DNA of 64,000 bases from Thalia democratica. Its lineage: Eukaryota. Every line of letters begins with the position of its first letter. Position 1 is the first letter of the stretch. Both the position numbers and the translations under genes were made by a program. The DNA is taken from the NCBI GenBank assembly GCA_965202585.1, contig OZ241828.1, positions 4,464,001-4,528,000 on the forward strand, written 5' to 3'. Shown piece by piece: positions 40,982 through 53,871 of the stretch. Below the pieces are notes generated by a model. That model was given only the letters and a program-made list of their open reading frames with translations, did no database searches and had not been told where the DNA came from.

Positions 40982-41290
40982 TTAATAGGTACGCAGATGC
41001 TTGTTCCTATTAGAACTTTGTGTAAATCTTCTCCCACAAACACTACATCCAAAAGGTCTATCTTCAGTATGAATTCTAAGGTAAACAACTAAATTTGATT
41101 TATGTAAAAATGTTTTCTTGCAAATGCTACATTCATAAGGGTTTACTTTAGTGTGAGTCAACATGTGTTGTTTTAGATTACCATTTAGAGTAAATTTCTT
41201 CTGACAAACATAACACTGGAAATCTTTCCTACCTTTATGTATCAACATGTGTAATTTCAAACTAACTTTTTAAGTAAAACGTTTATCAAA
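40982..41290 (-). pseudogene. 5'-truncated C2H2 zinc-finger pseudogene (ZF locus 9)
   Basis: Begins mid finger 4 (DKRFT-stop-KVSLKLHMLIH) and retains fingers 5-7, with His-to-Tyr in fingers 6 and 7. No homology further upstream. Confidence 0.85.
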
Positions 41291-42240
41291 AAAATTATCA
41301 AAACAAAAGTTAAAATTTAATTTTTACCGTGAAAAAAAATAGTTTAAGAAATTTTTATTACACTTATTAGCTTACTTTTCTGAGTTTTACTCTTTGAAAA
41401 AGAATATTTAAAAACCATTTCCTACCTTTAATATATATATAATAATCTAGTTGGACTATTATTTCCATCTTTTAAGAAGTTAAAGTTTTAAGTTGTAAAA
41501 GACCTAAAATTAAACTCAATTAATTTAAGTTTTATTATAATTATTTCGGTGAAAGCCAGAAGATTATTTATATTCTTAAGAATTTTACTTTATTTATTAA
41601 CTTTTAGTGTTTATTATTTATCGGTATTAGCTATAATTACTAGAAGGTACTTTTTTTAAATATAACAAGAGTAAGTATTATAATAAACCCTAAAAATTGT
41701 AACTTTAAAAAGATTTCTGCTATCATTACAATACATAATTTTCCTTATTATTGATCACCAAACTTTAATACTTTTTTCAGCGAATATTTAATTTTGTTAT
41801 ATTCGAGCACAGAATACATAAGTAAAATCATAATTTTAAATAAAGTAACAATAAAAAGTTATAAGTAAATCAAATAATATTCTTTAAACAACACTTATAA
41901 AATAAGGCTAATAATAGAATACAATTACTAAATTAACATATTACAGTCTTTTACATTTGAAAACATTAAAGTATGAATTTTATTTAATCTTCACAGTCTT
42001 GTATAAAAATAAAAATAAAAAAATTAAAGAATTATTATATACGTAAATTAGACTTTCTAGAAAAATGTTAGTTCAGCGTATTAAAATTTTGTATTTAATT
42101 TTACTGAAAATGCTACAGATAAAAAAAATGGTACATTTATAAACCTTAATACAACTATTTTGCCTTTGTTTCCGAGAATTCATTTTTGTTAAATTGATCC
42201 TTATAATTTCTTTTTATTATAAGTTACAAAATCATTGAGT

Positions 42241-42888
42241 TCATATAGAGTCGTTATTTTTTTGATGATGAGTACGCAAATGAGTGTTTCTATGTGAACT
42301 CTGAGTAAATCGTCTTCCACATACTTCACATCCAAATGGTCTATCTCCAGTGTGAATTCTTATATGCTGGTTTAAACTTGATCTTAGAGAAAACGTTCTC
42401 ATGCAAACTTTACATTCATGAGGCTTTTCTTTAGTATGAGTTACCATGTGTTGATTTAGATGAGCTTTTTGAGAAAACTTCATCTGACAAACTTCACATT
42501 GATAATCTTTCCTACCACTATGTGTCAACATGTGTGTTTTTAAATAATGTTTTAGAGTAAAACATTTGTCACACTGTTCACATTTATGAGCTTTATAATC
42601 ATTATGAACAACAGAATGCCGTTTTAAACTACTTCTTCGTGAAAAACATCTTTTACAAACATCACATTGATAAATCTTCAAACCAGAATGAGTAAGTTGA
42701 TGTTGTGTTAAATTACATTTTTGTGCAAAACTTTTGTCACAATCATCGCATTTGTAAGGTTTTTCTCCGGAATGAATTCTTTTGTGATATATCAGGTCAA
42801 AATTTCTTTTGAACACTTTCCCACAAGTTTCACAAACAAGTTGGTTTTTATGTTCTAATAATTCTAAGTCACCTTTAGTGTTATCCAT
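42241..42888 (-). CDS. C2H2 zinc-finger protein, 7 fingers, intact (ZF locus 10)
   Basis: 215-aa ORF with 7 complete fingers and a short extra tail (NNDSI). Acceptor gtattcag 25 nt upstream of the ATG. Confidence 0.94.
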   Translation of the reverse strand: MDNTKGDLELLEHKNQLVCETCGKVFKRNFDLIYHKRIHSGEKPYKCDDCDKSFAQKCNLTQHQLTHSGLKIYQCDVCKRCFSRRSSLKRHSVVHNDYKAHKCEQCDKCFTLKHYLKTHMLTHSGRKDYQCEVCQMKFSQKAHLNQHMVTHTKEKPHECKVCMRTFSLRSSLNQHIRIHTGDRPFGCEVCGRRFTQSSHRNTHLRTHHQKNNDSI

Positions 42889-42925
42889 AGTTTAAACGCA
42901 GTTTATTAGCTTTCTGAATACAGAT
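42889..42925 (-). other. 3' splice acceptor just upstream of the ATG (representative of a family-wide feature)
   Basis: gtattcag then 25 nt containing an in-frame TAA before the ATG. Equivalent pyrimidine-rich-AG sites precede loci 1, 2, 3, 4, 5, 7, 11, 13 and 14. Confidence 0.6.
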
Positions 42926-45242
42926 GTCACAATGTCTAAATACTAAAACGATTAAATATAACTTTCAAATAAATTATGCACATAAAAAAATAGTACTCAA
43001 TTTATAAACAGATTGCAGATTTCATATTCTTAATAAATTTAAAAAGAAGTAATCAGTTACATTAGGATTTGAGATATACTATTGAATGTATATTAGCTAG
43101 TAGAAATGTAGCTTTATTAGATAGAACTGTTTTATTGTTATTTAATAAAATTAGGGTTATAAAGTTAAGTATTTTCACAATTTAAAAAAATTGTCAAATT
43201 GTAATTATTAGCTTTTCTATTACTATTAAATACTTATAAGTTAATTATAAGTAATAATCTTTTATTTTAATAAAAGAAATAATTAGATTTTAATATAACT
43301 ATAACTTAATATTTAAACTATTTTTTAGCTTAAAAAAAAAGTTTATAACACAAACAGAATTGAGCAACAAATTAAATAGTTTCATTTATAAGAGGATTTT
43401 GGCTAGTAAACCTTACAATTTAATAGTTCAATTTCAAAACAATATTAATTCTAGTATTAAATATAGTTTATGCTAAGTTCATAAAAATAACATTTTAAAA
43501 ACTGGCTAAAAAATGCATCTACATCAGTAATAATAATTCTTACATTTTCTCTATAACCATGTAAAGTTTTGAAACGTTATTTGCGGCAAAACAAACTGCG
43601 GTATTTGAGTCTGCAGTGTTATTGTACAATTAATTATGTTTTTGCATAAGGTCCTCACAGTCTTTATTTTTAAGAATCGATTTTTTATAAATGTTATTAA
43701 TTTCTAATATAGTTACATGATTTCACTATTATTAATCTGATGATCAATTCAACGTTCCAGCAGTAAAAACTATATCTAAACTACAGCACTACTTTATAAT
43801 ATAAACTAATTCTTAAAATTATTTAAAGAAAAACGTCAGTTTGTAATAAGATTTAAATAGTATTACATCGAATAATTTTAAGGAAAGGTTTAAAAACTCT
43901 GGAAAAGTAACTCAATTTAAATATCACCTTAATATAGTTAAACCCTACAACATTCAAATAGAATATCTCTACAAAATACGATTATTAATATTTTAAGAAA
44001 CTTTTTTTTTAACGTTTTTCTACAAACTTTATATTTGTACTGATTATTTTAACTATTTCTTGGCGACTAGAAAACACGTTTGTGTTTAGTAATAACTATG
44101 TTTTTAAAAACAATTGACAAAACAAAATTAAGTAAAATGGAAAAGGTAACAAGGTAAAAATGAATTTAAGAAACTTAAGTTATGTAATATTTATTCTATT
44201 TCTTTTTATCTCATAATTAATGTTTTTAATGTTACAGATGTCCATTTCAGAAAACAATATCTAAATGCGATAATTTAAAACATCATAAACTTTACTAAAT
44301 AATAACTGAATATGACTGAACTCTAAAACTATGAGATTTATAAGTTTATTTCAATAAAACTTGTAAAAAAAGGTTAAGAAACTAAAAGTTTTTGAAATAA
44401 TTATATTTTGAGCGATTTGTTTGTATTAAGTAGACTATATAAAAAATAACTGATGTAAAATTATACGTGTTTTATCAATAAATAAGAAATGACACTATTT
44501 GTAATTAGTTATTTATTTTTTATATTGTGATTTTTTATGATAGACAAAATACTAAACTATTAGCTGCTAATTCTTCTATAAAAATGGTGATCTTTCTCGA
44601 AAGTCAGAAGAGATTGAAAAGAAAGCTTCTATGATTTTAATAGGTAGTTTACTTATCTTATATATAACTTATCTTTTAATGGTAAAAAATTTCTTTTTGT
44701 AAGTTTTTCTAAGTCAAGACAAAATTACTCGAAACAGATTTTCTTTTAAGTTTTTATTTGCTGAACTTTGAAATTTTATAAAAAAAGTAGTTATCAAATT
44801 ATTATTTTGATCATAGTTAAGTTAAACTTCATTGCCAGACATTATAGTTTCGAATAAACAATAAAAAATTCTACTTAGTAAAAAAGTATTTTAAGCCAGT
44901 TTTCTTTGAAGTTACGTATGAGAACTTTTTTAAATACTTTTGGTCGTCAATGACACTACAAGTTACCTTTATATTAAAGTGTATATATAAAAAGTGTAGT
45001 TTTAATTAAAACTAAAATAAACTTTTTGAAATTTAATAGTAAAAAAAATCACTTTAAAAAACGTTTGTATAAGGTTTAAACCATATAAATATGTCATTAG
45101 GAAAGTTTAATATAAACATTTTTGTTTTTTAAATTTTGAATTGTCGAAGGATGATTAAGTTTTATGAAGAGCTAAAATTTGTAAAACAAATTAAAAATAA
45201 ATATTTTTAATACATAATTAATTTGATTCTTTTAGAATAGAG

Positions 45243-45290
45243 CAGGGTCCTTAAATTGCAGCTTTTGGGCCAAATACGACTTACGAGGTA
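45243..45290. mobile_element. Decayed hAT-like terminus
   Basis: cagggtccttaaattgcagcttttgggccaaatacgac parallels cagggatcggcaaactgcggcccgcgggccaaatgcggc at 61644. Preceded by gaaTAgag. Confidence 0.45.
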
Positions 45291-46002
45291 TTTGTTAGCT
45301 CAAATAAAAAACTGTAATAGGAAAAGTTTTTTGGTAAAACTTTACAACTAGAATATTACTTGTTAATTACAGTCACCTCTTGAGAACCTACGCACATTTT
45401 GTCTACAGTACACTTATAAAACATTGCCTATTCCTAAAAAATTACTATTAGTTTGTTTATTTATCTTTTTTTGTGTATAACATTTTTTTTGAATTTTGAT
45501 TTGTTATAAAACACTTATTATAAAATATTTAGTACTAGTCATAAGACATTTTTCAAGTGTTCAGCTACTGTTTCATCTACTAGAAAAATATTAAGAAACC
45601 TTAATTACTTCTCAAATAGTTGTTAAAATTTAAAAAGACAAGAAACATAGCTAAACTTAATAAATAACAACTTAAGTTGGAGTAATTTATATATACAATT
45701 TATCTATAATTAGTTTTGAGCGATAAGTATTCACAACCAAAAAAGTTATTAAAAAGTTAAAAAAGCAGTCATCTAAAATAAGTGACATATTTGAAGCATT
45801 GTTTTCTGTAAACATACTAATTGATGAAATAAACAGTATTTCTTCTAACTTATCGTATTACTGTAGTGAAAACTTTAACTAAAACTATAATATTAATCAT
45901 TTTTTTATGTAAACTTATACACAGTAAAATCAAAACTTGATTAAATATATACTCGACAAATCACATAAACAATTATGTTTCTATTCGTGATCAGTTTTAT
46001 TT

Positions 46003-46621
46003 TTAATGAATACGCAAATGTTTGTTGAACTTGCTGTAAATCTTTTTCCACAAACATCACAACCGAACGGTCTATCCCCAGTATGAATTCGAATATGTTT
46101 GTTTAAGTGAGATTTTTGTGAAAACTTCTTTCTGCAAGTGTTACATTCATGAGGCTAATCTTTGGTATGAATCAACATGTGCCGTTTTAGACTACTATTT
46201 TGACCAAATTTCTTTTCACAAACATCACACTGAAAATCTTTTTTACCACTATGTATTAACATGTGTTGTGTCAAACCTCATTTAAATGCAAAGTATTTAT
46301 CACACTGTTCACATTTAAATGTTTTATTGTCAGTGTGAACTATGACATGCTGTTTTAAATGACTTCTTCGTGAAAAACATCTTTTGCATACGTCACATTG
46401 ATAAATCTTCAAACCAGAATGATTTAATTGATGTCTTGTTAAATCACCTTTTCTAGCAAAATTCTTGTCACAAATTTCACAACTAAAAGGTTTTTCACCT
46501 GAATGCAGACTTTGTGAGCAACCAATGCAGACTTAAATTTAAAACTGTTTTTACAAGTTTCACAAACATACTGCCTAGAAGCATTTAAATTTTTTGAGCT
46601 AGTTTGATCACTATTTACCAT
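46003..46621 (-). pseudogene. C2H2 zinc-finger pseudogene (ZF locus 11)
   Basis: Starts MVNSDQTSSK. Frameshift at about 46502-46512, TGA at 46278-46280, TAG at 46155-46157, a deletion in the terminal helix, and TAA at the Gln of HQK. Confidence 0.92.
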
Positions 46622-49298
46622 TATTACTTCATAACAAACAAACTGAAACTATTATAATTAGTCGTTAAAAAAACAAATATAAATAAATTTTAGACATAAA
46701 ATAAAAATTAAAGTATTTTGTAGTTAACTCAAAACGATATTTTGAAACTTTACTTAAGTTATACATTTATTTTTTATAAGATTCTTTCTTTGAATTTAAG
46801 TAACTTAACATGATGTTACTGCTAAAAAAATATAATTTTTTGATAATAAATTGTTTTAAGAATTTTAATTGTATGTCAATAACCTCATTATTCTAAAATC
46901 TAATAATTGAAAACAGTGTTACTTTCTTTTGTTTAAACTAAGATTTAAGTTTTTCAATGGCTTTTAATTCCTTGTCTTTTAAACGTTTATGTCGAAAAAA
47001 AGAATTTGTTTTAAAGATGCTTTAATTGTAAGTATTATAAAATATTTACGTGTTGTTTTGCTAATATAGAAAAATTATTTTTATATCTATAATCCTAAAA
47101 TATTTTCTATAAATGATAAACTTAACTTAAAAACTGAATTTAGAAGAATAAAAATTTTTAAATCAGTTGATATGTTATATTTAATTTTGTTTAAAAAACC
47201 TTTAAAATCTATTTTTAAATTTTAAACTAACATGCAATACAGAAATTAAACAAACATTATAGTTGGGCTATTTCAGGGAAGTAGCTAGCTCAAAAAAGTT
47301 ACGAATCTGCAAAATAAAAATCAAGAATAATGTGTGATGACGTCATAACGGGAATAAAGTAGTTTTAACTACCTTTAATTTTATATGAAATTGTGCAGTT
47401 TTGTTAAAAGTTTAAAATAAATAGAATGTTAAAGTATAATAAAAAATTGATTACCAGGCAAGTTGTACTGCTATTGACCCCCTATAGTTATTATTGTGTT
47501 GAACTTTAATGAGCCTATAAAACGTTTCATTAAAAAAAAATATTGATTAAGAAACTAACGTTAATAGTATTACTGATAGGCCTTAAATATATAACTTTAA
47601 AAACAGTTTCTCCACTTCAGAAAAGATTTGCAAAAATTTTTGCTTTTATTGATTTAAAAATCAAAAATTTTAAGAGTTAAATAAAAAACAAAGAGGATAT
47701 AAAATAAAACAGTTCGCAACATTAGATAAAATTTAGATGTACAACTACTTTATTTTGTCAAAAATAACTCACATAGAACGGAAGAATACACGTCTTTGTA
47801 AATGTTATTACTAGCTTTGGTAGCATAAAGAGTTGAGCTGTAAAAAAAGAATAAAACATTTTGTTATTAAAATAAAATTCTTAAATAGAAGTTGTAAACA
47901 GAATCAAACTTTTTTTTTTACAAAACAAACTTGTTAAATAAAACAACTCAGTTAAAAGACACAAACCTTGAATGTTAAACATTAATATTTTTTAGATACA
48001 ATGTGAAACATATAAATAAATTCAAACATAAAGGTTTTTAAACATAAAATATATTATTTTTTTTTTTTTAAACTTGTTATGAATTTATAATACAACTATA
48101 AACTAGTTAAAAAAATGTTACTAATTTAATCTTTATAATCTTAGATTTAATAAGTTATATAAAATTTATTTTAAAATTTTTTATCATTTATCGAACATAA
48201 ATTAAAGAATTAAACTGATATTTTTTTCAAATTTAGTAAACCACTCTAAAATTTATAAACTTATTTTAAAACAACAGATACAATCCATATTCTTTATACA
48301 TTTAAAGAAAATATATAACACAAAAATCTTTATATTGTAAACAACAATGCTTGTAGAAAAATAAAATTTACAGTAATATTTAAAAACAAGTTGAAACAAA
48401 CTTTGTATTTTACATAGTTGTCTGAAAACATCATTGAAAAAGCTTATATCTTGAAATACTTATCTAGAACTCATTGTAACAAACTACACTTGAGTTTGAT
48501 TGACTTTGTTAATAGCTTTGAGTTTAAATGGCATCAAGTGGATGGTTTTACTTTCAAATGATATTTGCATAATTTTAACCTTAGTAAACTTAACTTTTAA
48601 ACTTAGTTTGAAAAATCTGTGAAACAACTAGATTTGTTAAAATCCACACATAGTGTACCAAGTTTACAGTAGTAATACAAATAAAACTCAAAAACAATTT
48701 TCAAAATGTAAAGCCAACTAGAAAATACAAATGTACTAACTTAAGGTTTTATAATTCTGTTAACTACTTAAAAATTGTTAATATAAAGATGAAAAAAAAC
48801 AGAGATAATGAAAAACCTTTGAAAGTTGGGAATAAAACCAAAAACTCTGAAAAAATTTTAATTTTCATTTAATAAAACAATATGCATAGAAAACAAACTT
48901 ATTGTAAACAAATGATATAATAATACAAGTAAAATAGGTATTAACAACAGCTCTACCCTATGACCAACACCAGTTCCAGGATTTTGTTTTTGAATTTATC
49001 TTCTTATTTTTGAAATAAGACTAACTTTTCAAATTTATCAATGTTTTTTTTACAAAACTGGTTATAAAATAAAAATTCATTAAAACTAGCTAGCAAAATC
49101 TCATTCAAAAATGGAAAAATATCTGTTATGACATTATTAACAAACCTAAAATGTCCTTATTTTTTATAGATAAAAAAACCATACTGAGTTAACCTGAGTT
49201 CAAATATAAAAATCTAAATATCATAGAGTTATACAGAATACTTTGAGTGTTTTGGCTACAATGTACAATTTAAATCTTTTAACTTTGCTAAAAAATAC

Positions 49299-49480
49299 AA
49301 TAAAAACTTTAACTAAGGTAAGCATTTATAAAATCTTAAAACCAGTTTTAATTAAAAAATAAAGTTCTAAAATATAATAAAAACATTATAATTTGTTTAT
49401 ATTAATGTTGAAAAATAAAAACTTTAACTTACTTAGCATTTATAAAATCTTTGAAACAAGTTTTAATTAAAAAATAAAAT
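49299..49480. repeat. Local direct duplication, about 65-bp unit at 115-bp spacing
   Basis: aataaaaactttaact ... agcatttataaaatctt ... agttttaattaaaaaataaa occurs at 49299 and 49414. Confidence 0.8.
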
Positions 49481-50400
49481 CTGTTTATATTATTCTTAAA
49501 AAAATGTTTATTATTCAGTTTTTTAACTTTTCGTTTTGTTGCAAGCTATTTGTCGTATTGTGTTAGTTTTTCTGATTTAATAAATTATAATTTTCTTGAT
49601 AAAACTTCAGGAAATAAAATTATTATAATTTTTTAAAAAGTTTTTCATTTTTGTATATTTGTCAACCACAGGGATTTAATCTTAAAACGTTCAACTCAGA
49701 GAGTCAATTTGGTTTATAACAAAGGTTAATTCTTCATGTTACTTTACTTTTAGGTTCATCTAATCTAAAGATTATCTTTTCATATATCTTCTATCTGTAT
49801 TTGCTCTTTTGTAAGACAAAAAGTGTAAGTTTCAAAAAATGTAAAGTTCTATTTGACTCACAATAAACCTTTCAATAGTACAAAACTTACTTTTTTTTTT
49901 TATTCTCTCACATGATTTAAACCAAATCTACAGCCTCAAAATTGGTTTTTTTACAATAGCTTGCTTTAGATAATAGATTTTTACACCAAGCTATTTGTAT
50001 ACAATTAAATGTATTCAATTTGTTCAATGTTTACGACACTAAAAGTGCTAGAGAATCCGTAAAAATAAAATTATTTCTCAAGAGTGCAAAACTAAGTATA
50101 AACGAATACTTGAAGTTAAAGAAACAAGGTCTTAAAAGCTGAGTAATCGAAAGAAAAGCGAGTTTTTTCGTACAAACTTTTACGTTTCTGTAGATTTGCA
50201 CAAACGTACCAAGCTACGTATCTGGGCTATTTTATTAACATAAACGCTTCCTGAAATGGCAAAAAAATAAAAAGATCTTAAGCATAGTTTAATGGCAGTT
50301 TTTTTAGTTAGAAGGCAATTGCTTGTTTAGTTTTAAAAGGGGGTTTTTATATAATATATTTTTTGTAAACCCTGGTTTAATTTGTTACCCAAACTAAATT

Positions 50401-53400
50401 AAGTGTTTGAAGTCAGGCAGTTTAAAATAGAAAATACTACATAATAAACTTAATATAAAAATTTAATAAAACTTCACAATATTGTTATAAAATTAATTTT
50501 GTAATCAAGAAATTTATTAAAACTAGTCAGATTATCGTTATATATTTTTTACTTTTAAAATATTTTTACTACTTACTTTATGTTTTACTTTTTATTAATA
50601 AAAAATTTAAACTTTTTAGATATCTTGTTGCCGAGGTCTAAAAAGTTTTTTTGTTGTTTAATCAAACTGAAGTTTTTTACATAATAAATTTTTTTTAAAC
50701 TATTTTTTTAAGTAAATTGTATTTGTTTTTAATTAAGCTATGAATGTAGGAGTTTTAATTTTGGTTTTTTAATGTTATTGATAAACTTTATTAGCGTTCT
50801 ACTAAATGCGTTTAATTTTAAGGTTTACAATACAACTTTTAACTTAAGTTTTTGATCACTTGCTTTAGATATGTATTATATATATTTTCTTATTTATTAA
50901 TACTAACATTCTGAAGAATTATATTTTCTAGTATTCTTTTGTTAATTCTTTAATTTAGCCTATGTTTATACTTTGAAAAATTCAAGTTTGTTTTTTGATA
51001 TAATAAATCGATTAAAAAACTGTGACGAAAGACAAATTTTAACATGTATTAACTAAAACTTATAGAGCTATAAAAGGTAAACAATTATTATTAGTTTTCA
51101 TGATGGTAAAATATCATTCACAAATACTTTATAAAGACTTATATTTTTTGACTTAAAATGTATATTTTTAGAAGTTTAGAAAACTTAGTGTACTATAGAA
51201 ATAAAAACTTAAAGTATCTTTAAACCTCATGTTTGTGATATGTAAAAGATCAGTTAAATAAAAACATTTTCGAGGTATAAGGGGAATTCTTTAGGTGAAA
51301 CTTCATTAATTAACTCAATAACGAATTTATATCCATAACGATGAAAAGAGCTTAGTAGCTGTCTAAAAAGGTCTACTACTTAAGTATTAGACTCATTACT
51401 TTTTATATATAATCATGTAGTTTTTTAAAAGATCGACTTATACAATTAGATAACTAGGTAACTTAACAAACCTAAGCGTTTTTATTTATGTTTTTTAAAT
51501 AGTTTCGTTTTACTTTGGGTTTCACTAGTCTCAAACTATTTACTTTTTCAACAATTATACTTTTTTGAACTAGTTATAACAAATAATGAACTAATACTTT
51601 TAAAAGGTTACAATAATATTTATTTTGTTATTAACGTCGGCATTAAAAATTAGTTGTTAAATAACAGTAGATCTATTTAGAAATTTAACATTTTATATAT
51701 CGATTTGTTTATTAAATATGAGAAAGGCATAATAAAAAGAAAATTCGTAATATAGAGTTTAAATAGAATTAAGTTGTGTAGATCATCTACAATAATATTT
51801 ATTTTAAACAACGTTTATGGTTTTAATACTAATAACATAAATCGTTAAAAATGAACTAAAAACCAGTTAATAAAGGCTATTTGTAAAAAAAATGTATTGT
51901 ATTTAAGCGAAAACGTTATTGATAATTAAGTAATTTTTTCTATCAAAACTAAATAAGTTTAATTATAGCTTTTTTTAAGAATTCGTTTAATTTTAAATTC
52001 GTTTTGTTGATATTATTAATATACTTAATATTTTATTAAATAAAGCAGCATTACACGTAGATTGATTAAAAACTGTAAGAGTTGAGCGTTACGATATTGT
52101 TCGAGTGATAATGTAAGTTTTAAAACTCATAAATAACAAAGTTTAATTGGTTTCAATACCCATATACAAGTTTTTAAAAAATAAATTTTTAATTATTCAA
52201 AAAAACATGAAAAAAAACATGAAAAAAAACAGTATTTAATGAAAAATTTCGAATATTTTAACCACCTTTTAAAACTATGAAATATTAATTAAATGAAAAT
52301 GTTATTTAATAATGTTTTTTCAAGTACTTTTGTAAACATTAAAACTTGACCTACGCAATATTCAAATCAACTCGCGCCAACTAGTACAATTTCTGTTGTA
52401 GACGAAATTTAAACTTTATTTGAAACTCATTACTCTTTCCTTTTTGACTTTCATTTCCAAAAAAAATTATTTGTCCGGTTGGTCGGCAATTACGAGGAAA
52501 GATATTAATTATAGAGGTCTAAATTGTGAAATTTATTAGATGATTAACGAACATAGGTACTAAAAAATTTAGTACTTAATATATTTTGATGTTATAAACT
52601 TTATTAACTACATGTCGAATTAAAGCATATAATCATGTATTTGATTTTCATTTAACATAATAATTTAAAAATTATATAGTTATATTTTTGTTAATAACGA
52701 AAATAACTTAAAAATTACTTTTACTACACATGTTTTCACTATCCACAAAGTTAATAATGTTTTTTTTTTTGTTACAGTTTTAAACTACCTCATATTTTCA
52801 TTAACACAATTAGTTTTACTTTTCAAACATCACATTTAATCATGATTAATTAATTTATCTCAAACCCCAAACTATACAAGTTTTTATTTTCACCCCAATT
52901 TAAGTTTTAATCCATGTTTATGAAGTGACATAAAGCACAACTTTAAAGTCTTTTTTTACTGTAGAAAAACAAAAATATTTAAAGTTGTTCTTTTACACAA
53001 GTTAACATCATGTTTAATGTAAAAAGTAATGTTTCCTAAGGCTTCTGTGTAAGTTTTTACAAAATACATTAAATTTGAAACCAAAGAGTTTTTATCTTTG
53101 ATTAGTATGAAGTGTATGTTCCTGTTTGAACGACGTGAAAACTATTTGAAACAAACATCTTATCAAAATGGTCTATCACCAGCGTGAATTGTAATATGAT
53201 CATTTAAATTTGATTTTAAACTCCTTCTTGCAAAAACCACATTCATGAGGATTTGCTTTAGTGTGAAACAACATGTGTTGTTTTAAATGGCTTTTTGATT
53301 AAGATTAAAGATAAAACAAATGGTCTATCACCAGTGTTGTTTCTACTATGATTCTAATGTGTTCGTTTAAACTTGATTTGAGTGAAAACCTCTTGTTGCA

Positions 53401-53871
53401 AATGTCACATTTATGAGACCTATTTTTTGGATAGAGTAAACATGTGGTATTTCAAATGATTTTTTTGTTTAAAATGCTTCTCAAAAACTTCACACTGAAA
53501 ATCTTTCTTACCACTATGTATCAACATGTGTGTTGTTAAGTTTATTTTTAAAATTAAAACCTTTGTCACAAAATTCACAACTTAGTGGTTTGTCATCAAT
53601 GTAAACTAATGTAAAGGCTTTTAAATGAGTTCTATGAAAAAAAAACATTTTATAAACATCAAATTTATATATATTTAATCCAGAATGAGTTAACTGATGT
53701 TGGGTCAAAATATTAATCCTTTTGAAAGATTTTTCACAGATATCAAAACTGAATGGTTTTACACCAGTATGATCTCTTCGTGCCTAATAAGCAATGAATT
53801 CAATTAAAAAAATTTCCTACAAATTTCACAGACATGAAGCTTTTTATGATCAAAGTTGTAGCAGGATTCAT
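50401..53871. repeat. Segmental duplication unit (3' flank plus ZF locus 12), paralogous to 28537-31758
   Basis: Same ordered anchors as 28537-31758. The gene ends also match (MNPATT vs MNIATT; gaacgacgtgaaaac). Confidence 0.9.
53092..53871 (-). pseudogene. Heavily decayed C2H2 zinc-finger pseudogene with internal duplication (ZF locus 12)
   Basis: Multiple frameshifts and ligand losses. The finger 5-6-GDRPF segment occurs twice (about 53150-53310 and 53318-53480). Confidence 0.88.

Noticed and set aside
44064-44090. Hairpin plus CTAG resembling a Helitron 3' end
   Set aside because: The hairpin is short and AT-rich, sits only 1 nt from the CTAG, and no matching 5' TC end or second copy was seen.
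17715-46621. Stop-codon reassignment explaining the in-frame TAG, TGA and TAA codons
   Set aside because: The stops replace different residues (Gln, Lys, Arg), co-occur with frameshifts and ligand losses, and are absent from five intact paralogs that terminate normally with TAA or TGA.
47338-47345. Perfect CRE palindrome TGACGTCA about 720 bp upstream of locus 11
   Set aside because: A single 8-mer is plausible by chance in 64 kb, and I did not see it at equivalent positions of the paralogs.
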